Positions 59,477-64,000 of a stretch of DNA of 64,000 nucleotides are shown in pieces. The position numbers were made by a program, and so were the translations under genes. Within the stretch, counting starts at the first letter, position 1. The number at the start of each line of letters is the position of its first letter. The notes under the pieces were generated by a model. That model ran no database searches. It had not been told where the DNA came from and saw nothing but the letters and a program-made list of their open reading frames with translations. Source of the stretch: Squalus acanthias (lineage: Eukaryota); NCBI GenBank assembly GCA_030390025.1, contig CM059425.1, forward strand, positions 169,262,001-169,326,000, in the 5' to 3' direction.

Positions 59477-61912
59477 CACTCACTGGAAGGAGACACCGCT
59501 GGACACACCCACTAGAAGGAGACACCGCGGGACACATTCACTGGAAGGCGACACCGCGGGACACACTCAATGAAAGGAGACACCGCGGGACACACTCACT
59601 GGAAGGAGACACCGCGGGACACACTCACTAGAACAAAAAAGGTGACTCAACCGTGGCTAACAAGGGAAATTAGGGATAGCATAAGATCCAAGGAGAGGAC
59701 ATATAAATTGGCCAGAAAAAGCAGAAAACCTGAGGATTGGGAGCAGTTTAGGATTCAGCAAAGGAAGACAAAGGGATTAATTAAGAGGGGGAAAATAGAA
59801 TATGAGAGTAAGCTTTCAGGGAACATAAAAACTGACTGTAAAAGCTTCTATAGATATGTGAAGAGAAAAAGATTGGTGAAGTCAAGCATAGGTCCCTTGC
59901 AGTCATAATCAGGGGAATTTATAATGGGGAACAAAGAAATGGCAGACCAATTAAATACATACTTTGGTTCTGTCTTCACAAAGGAGGACTCAAATAACCT
60001 CCCAGAGATGTCGGGGAACATAGGGTCTAATGAAAGGGAGGAATTGAATGAAATCAGTATTTGTAGGGAAATGGTGTTAGGGAAATTAACGGGATTGAAG
60101 GCCGATAAATCCCCAGGGCCTGATAATCTACATCCTAGGGTACTTAAGGAAGTGGCCCTAGAAATAGTAGATGCATTGCTGGTCATCTTCCAAAATTCTA
60201 TAGACTCTGGAACAGTTCCCATGGATTGGAGGGTAGCTAATGTAACCCCACTATTTAAAAAAGGCGGTAGAGAAAAACCGGGGAATTATAGACCGGTAAG
60301 CTTGACATCGGTAGTGGGCAAAATGCTAGAGTCCATTATAAAAGATGTAATAGCAGAGCACTTGGAAAACAGTGACAGGATCGGACAAAGTCAACATGGA
60401 TTTACAAAAGGTAAATCATGCCTGACTAATCTACTGGAATTTTTTGAGGATGTAACTGATAAAATAGATAAGGGAGAACCAGTGGATGTGGTGTATTTGG
60501 ACTTTCAGAAGGCTTTCGATAAGGTCCCGCATAAGAGGTTAGCGTGCAAAGTTAAAGCACATGGGATTGGGGGTAAGGTACTGATTTGGATAGAGAACTG
60601 GTTGGCAGATAGGAAGCAAAGAGTTGGAATAAACAGGTCTTTTCCGAGTGGCAGGCAGTGACTAGTGGGGTACCGCAGGGATTCGTGCTAGGACCCCAGC
60701 TATTCACAATATATATTAATGATCTAGACGAGGGAACTAGATGTAATATCTCTAAGTTTGCAGACGACACAAAGCTGGGTGGGCGTGTGTGCTGTGAGGA
60801 GGATGCAGAGAAACTCCAGTATGATTTGGACAGGTTGGGTGATTGGGCAGATGCATGGCAAATGCAGTATAACGTGGATAAATGCGAGGTTATCCACTTC
60901 GGTGGCAAAAACAGGAAGACAGATTATTATCTGAACGGCAATAGATTGGGAAAAGGGGAAGTGCAACGAGACCTGGGTGTCCTTGTGCACCAGTCGCTGA
61001 AGGTAAGAATGCAGGTGCAGCAGGCGGTTAAGAAGGCAAATGGTATGTTGGCCTTCATAGCGAGAGGATTCGAGTACAGGAGCAAGGATGTCTTGCTGCA
61101 GTTGTACAGGGCCTTGGTGAGACCACACCTTGAGTATTGTGTGCAGTTTTGGTCACCTTATCTGAGGAAGGATGTTCTTGCCATGGAGGGAGTGCAGCGA
61201 AGATTTACCAGACTGATACCTGGGATGGCAGGAATGACGTATGAAGAGAGATTGGGTCGATTAGGCTTATATTCGCTAGAGTTTAGAAGAATGAGAGGGG
61301 ATCTAATTGAAACTTATAAAATTCTAACAGGACTAGACAGACTAGATGCAGGAAGGATGTTCCCGATGGCGGGGGAGTCCAGAACCAGAGGTCACAGTCT
61401 AAGGATAAAGGGTAAGCCATTTAGGACTGAGCTGAGGAGGAATTTCTTCACCCAGAGAGTGGTGAACCTGTGGAATTCTCTACCACAGAAGGCAGTTGAG
61501 GCCAATTCATTAAATATATTCAAGAAGGAGATAGATATATTTCTTAAGGCTAAAGGGATCAAGGGATATGGGGAGAAAGCAGGGACAGGGTACTGAATTT
61601 GGATGATCAGCCATGATCTCATTAAATGGCAGAGCAGGCTCGAGGGGGCGGATGGCCTACTCCTGCTCCTATCTTCTATGCTTCTATGCTATGCTAGAAG
61701 GAGACACCATGGGACACATTCACTGGAAGGAAACACTGCGGGACACACTCACTGGAAGGAGACACCGAGGGACACACTCACTGGAAGGAGACACTGCGGG
61801 ACACACTCACTGGAAGGAGACACCGCGCGACACACTCACTGGAAGGAGACACCGTGGGACACACTCATTGGAAGGAGACACCGCGCGACACACTCACTGG
61901 AAGGAGACACAC
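59477..61912. repeat. 29-bp minisatellite (GGACACACTCACTGGAAGGAGACACCGCG), ~5 + ~7 units, split by a CR1
   Basis: Tandem units visible at 59477-59633 and 61694-61912. Confidence 0.9.
59634..61693 (+). mobile_element. Young 5'-truncated CR1 inserted in the minisatellite
   Basis: Nearly intact RT (one stop near 59906, one frameshift near 60640); TSD CTAGAA at 59628-59633 and 61694-61699. Confidence 0.95.
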
Positions 61913-61925
61913 TATAAGGAGATCA

Positions 61926-62502
61926 GGACCCAGGAGCGAGGTCGAGGCCTAGGAGCAAGGCCGTTACCCAGGAGTGAGGTCGGGACCCAGGAGCGAGGTC
62001 GGGACCCAGGAGTGAAGTCGAGGCCCAAGAGCGAGGTCGGGACCCAGGAGCGATGTCGGAACCCAGGAGCGAGGTTGGGACCCAGGAGTGAAGTCGAGGC
62101 CCAGGAGCGAGGTCGGGACCCAGGACCGAGGTCGGGACCCAGGGGTGAGGACGGGGCCCAGGAGCGAGGACGAGCCCAGCAGCGATGTCGGGACCTAGGA
62201 GCGAGGACGGGACCCAGGTGCGAGGACGAGGCCCAGGGGCGAAGACGGGGCCCAGGAGCGAGGTCGAGGCCCAGGAGCGAGGACGAGGCCCAGGAGCGAG
62301 GACGAGGCCCAGGAGCGAGGACGAGGCCCAGGGGCGAGGACGGGGCACAGGAGCGAGGTCGAGGCCCAGGAGCGAGGTCGGGACCCAGGAGCGAGGAAGG
62401 GACTCAGGAGCGAGGACGAGGCCCAGGAGCAAGGACGAGGCCCAGGGGCGAGGACGAGGCCCAGGAGCGAGGATGAGGCCCAGGAGCGAGGACGAGCCCA
62501 GC
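61926..62502. repeat. 19-bp GC-rich minisatellite (CCCAGGAGCGAGGACGAGG and variants), ~30 units
   Basis: Directly visible tandem array. Confidence 0.9.
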
Positions 62503-62589
62503 AGCGATGAACCCCAGGCAGAGAGGACCTGCGGGAAGGAGGGAGGGAGGAGGACAGTAGGAGTATGTTTGTGTGTGTGTGCTAGGCTG

Positions 62590-64000
62590 ATGTAGCAGAG
62601 CCTGGTCTCCAATCGTCTTGGATCCCCTAAACATTGGACCAAGACCTTGCTCTGTCAAGCCCGTGTAGTAGCTGGTGTGCAATGGCCAGCCCACGTTAAA
62701 AGAATTCACGCACAGGCATCTTCCACCCCTTAAAATGAAGTTGGGGACCTGGAACGTCAGGACCCTCATGGACAACCCCAACGGCGACAGACCGGAATGT
62801 CGTACTGCTAGCGTTGCCCGGGAGCTCAGACGTTTCAACATAGACATCGCCGCCCTAAGCGAGACCTGGCGGGCAGGGGAAGGCCAGCTCAAGGAGCAAG
62901 GCAGTGGTTACACCTTCTTCTGGAAAGGCAAACCTGAAAAAGAATGCTGCTTCCATCGGGTAGGCTTCGCCATAAAAAATGAGCTAGTTGGATGTCTCAG
63001 AGACTCCCCTTGTGGAATAAACGAACGCCTCATGACTCTACGGCTTACCCTAGCCCGGAACCAGTGTGCTACGGTCATCAGTGCGTATGCCCCAACACTG
63101 GAAGCCACAGACAAGACCAAAGAGGAATTCTACTCCAGCCTCGAACAATCCCTGTCCCGAGTCCCAACGGGCGACAAGCTGATCCTCCTTGGCGACTTCA
63201 ACACCAGAGTTGGAAAGGACACAGACCTCTGGGGAGGTGTGATCGGCAGAGAGGGGGTAGGGAAAGCCAACTCCAATGGTACCCTCCTCCTGACGAAATG
63301 CTTAGAACATGGCCTTGTCATAACTAACACCTTGTTCCATCAGAGAGACAAGTACAAAGCTTCATGGCAACACCCTCGCTCCAAGCACTGGCATCTGCTG
63401 GACTATGTCATCGTCCAAGCAAGGGACCGCAAGGACGTCCACATCACCCGCGCCATGACAGGAGCTGATGACTGCTGGACAGACCACCGCCTGTCATCTC
63501 CATCAACGTAGCCCCAAAACAGCGGCGGCAACAGAAGCAATGCTGCAGGAAAATCAATGCTGGAGCGCTCAAAGACCCTACTAAGAAAGCCCTATTCAGC
63601 CTGCGCCTCGCAACCAACCTGACGACTCCCAGTGATTCAGAGACACAGAGTGTTCACAGCACCTGGTCTGCACTCAAGGCCTCCATAATCAGCACCTGTG
63701 AAGAGACGCTCGGTCACTCGACCAGTAAACACCAAGACTGGTTCGACGAGAACGACCAGGAGATCCAGGAGCTAATAAGCCGCAAGCGCAAGGCATTCCT
63801 GATCTGGAGACAGCAACAGAACTCGAGAGCAAGAAAGCAGCTCTACAGATGCCTGAAGGCCGAGGTCCAACAAAAAACTCGCGACCTAAAGAACTGATGG
63901 TGGGTGGAGAAAGCGCAGGAGATCCAGCAGCTAGCTGACAACCACGACGTGCGTGGATTCTTTAGCGCAGTCAAGACCACCTACGGCCTAAGTACCCAAG
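62590..64000 (+). mobile_element. RTE-clade LINE 5' part (UTR plus AP endonuclease), runs off the window
   Basis: ATG 62735 MKLGTWNVRTLMD...IAALSETW...ISAYAPT...LGDFNTRVG...WQHPRSKHWHLLDY...DCWTDHRL; frameshift near 63490 and later stops. Confidence 0.9.

Noticed and set aside
59477..62502. CRISPR-like appearance of the short repeats
   Set aside because: Units are head-to-tail with no unique spacers, there are no cas genes, and the context is vertebrate.
61603..62892. Long repetitive ORFs (up to 287 aa) on both strands
   Set aside because: By-products of stop-free 29-bp and 19-bp tandem units; no domain or splice support.

Overview
Repeat-dense eukaryotic DNA, most likely from a cartilaginous fish (shark/ray), judged from recognisable HE1/V-SINE, SacSINE1-type Deu SINEs and the CR1 families. 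Most of the window is nested transposon debris: many CR1 LINEs, a second CR1/Jockey-group LINE family ('family B'), L2, RTE, Penelope-like elements with minimal hammerhead ribozyme motifs, two near full-length PIF/Harbinger transposons (transposase plus 3-exon Myb/SANT gene), older Harbinger relics and MITEs, a hAT MITE, a solo LTR, a Gypsy integrase relic and two minisatellites. One host-gene signal is absent from the ORF track: a 155-nt exon (53947-54101) encoding a divergent KRTCAP2/KCP2-like membrane protein, followed by a U12-type GTATCCTTT donor. A plausible start-codon exon lies about 45 kb upstream (8574-8611). Other highlights are a TSD-flanked CR1 insertion with twin-priming (5'-inversion) geometry, a Harbinger inserted into a hammerhead core, and a 30-nt exact inverted copy of a neighbouring CR1. 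Family names come from recalled consensus/protein motifs, not database searches, and boundaries of degenerate repeats are approximate.
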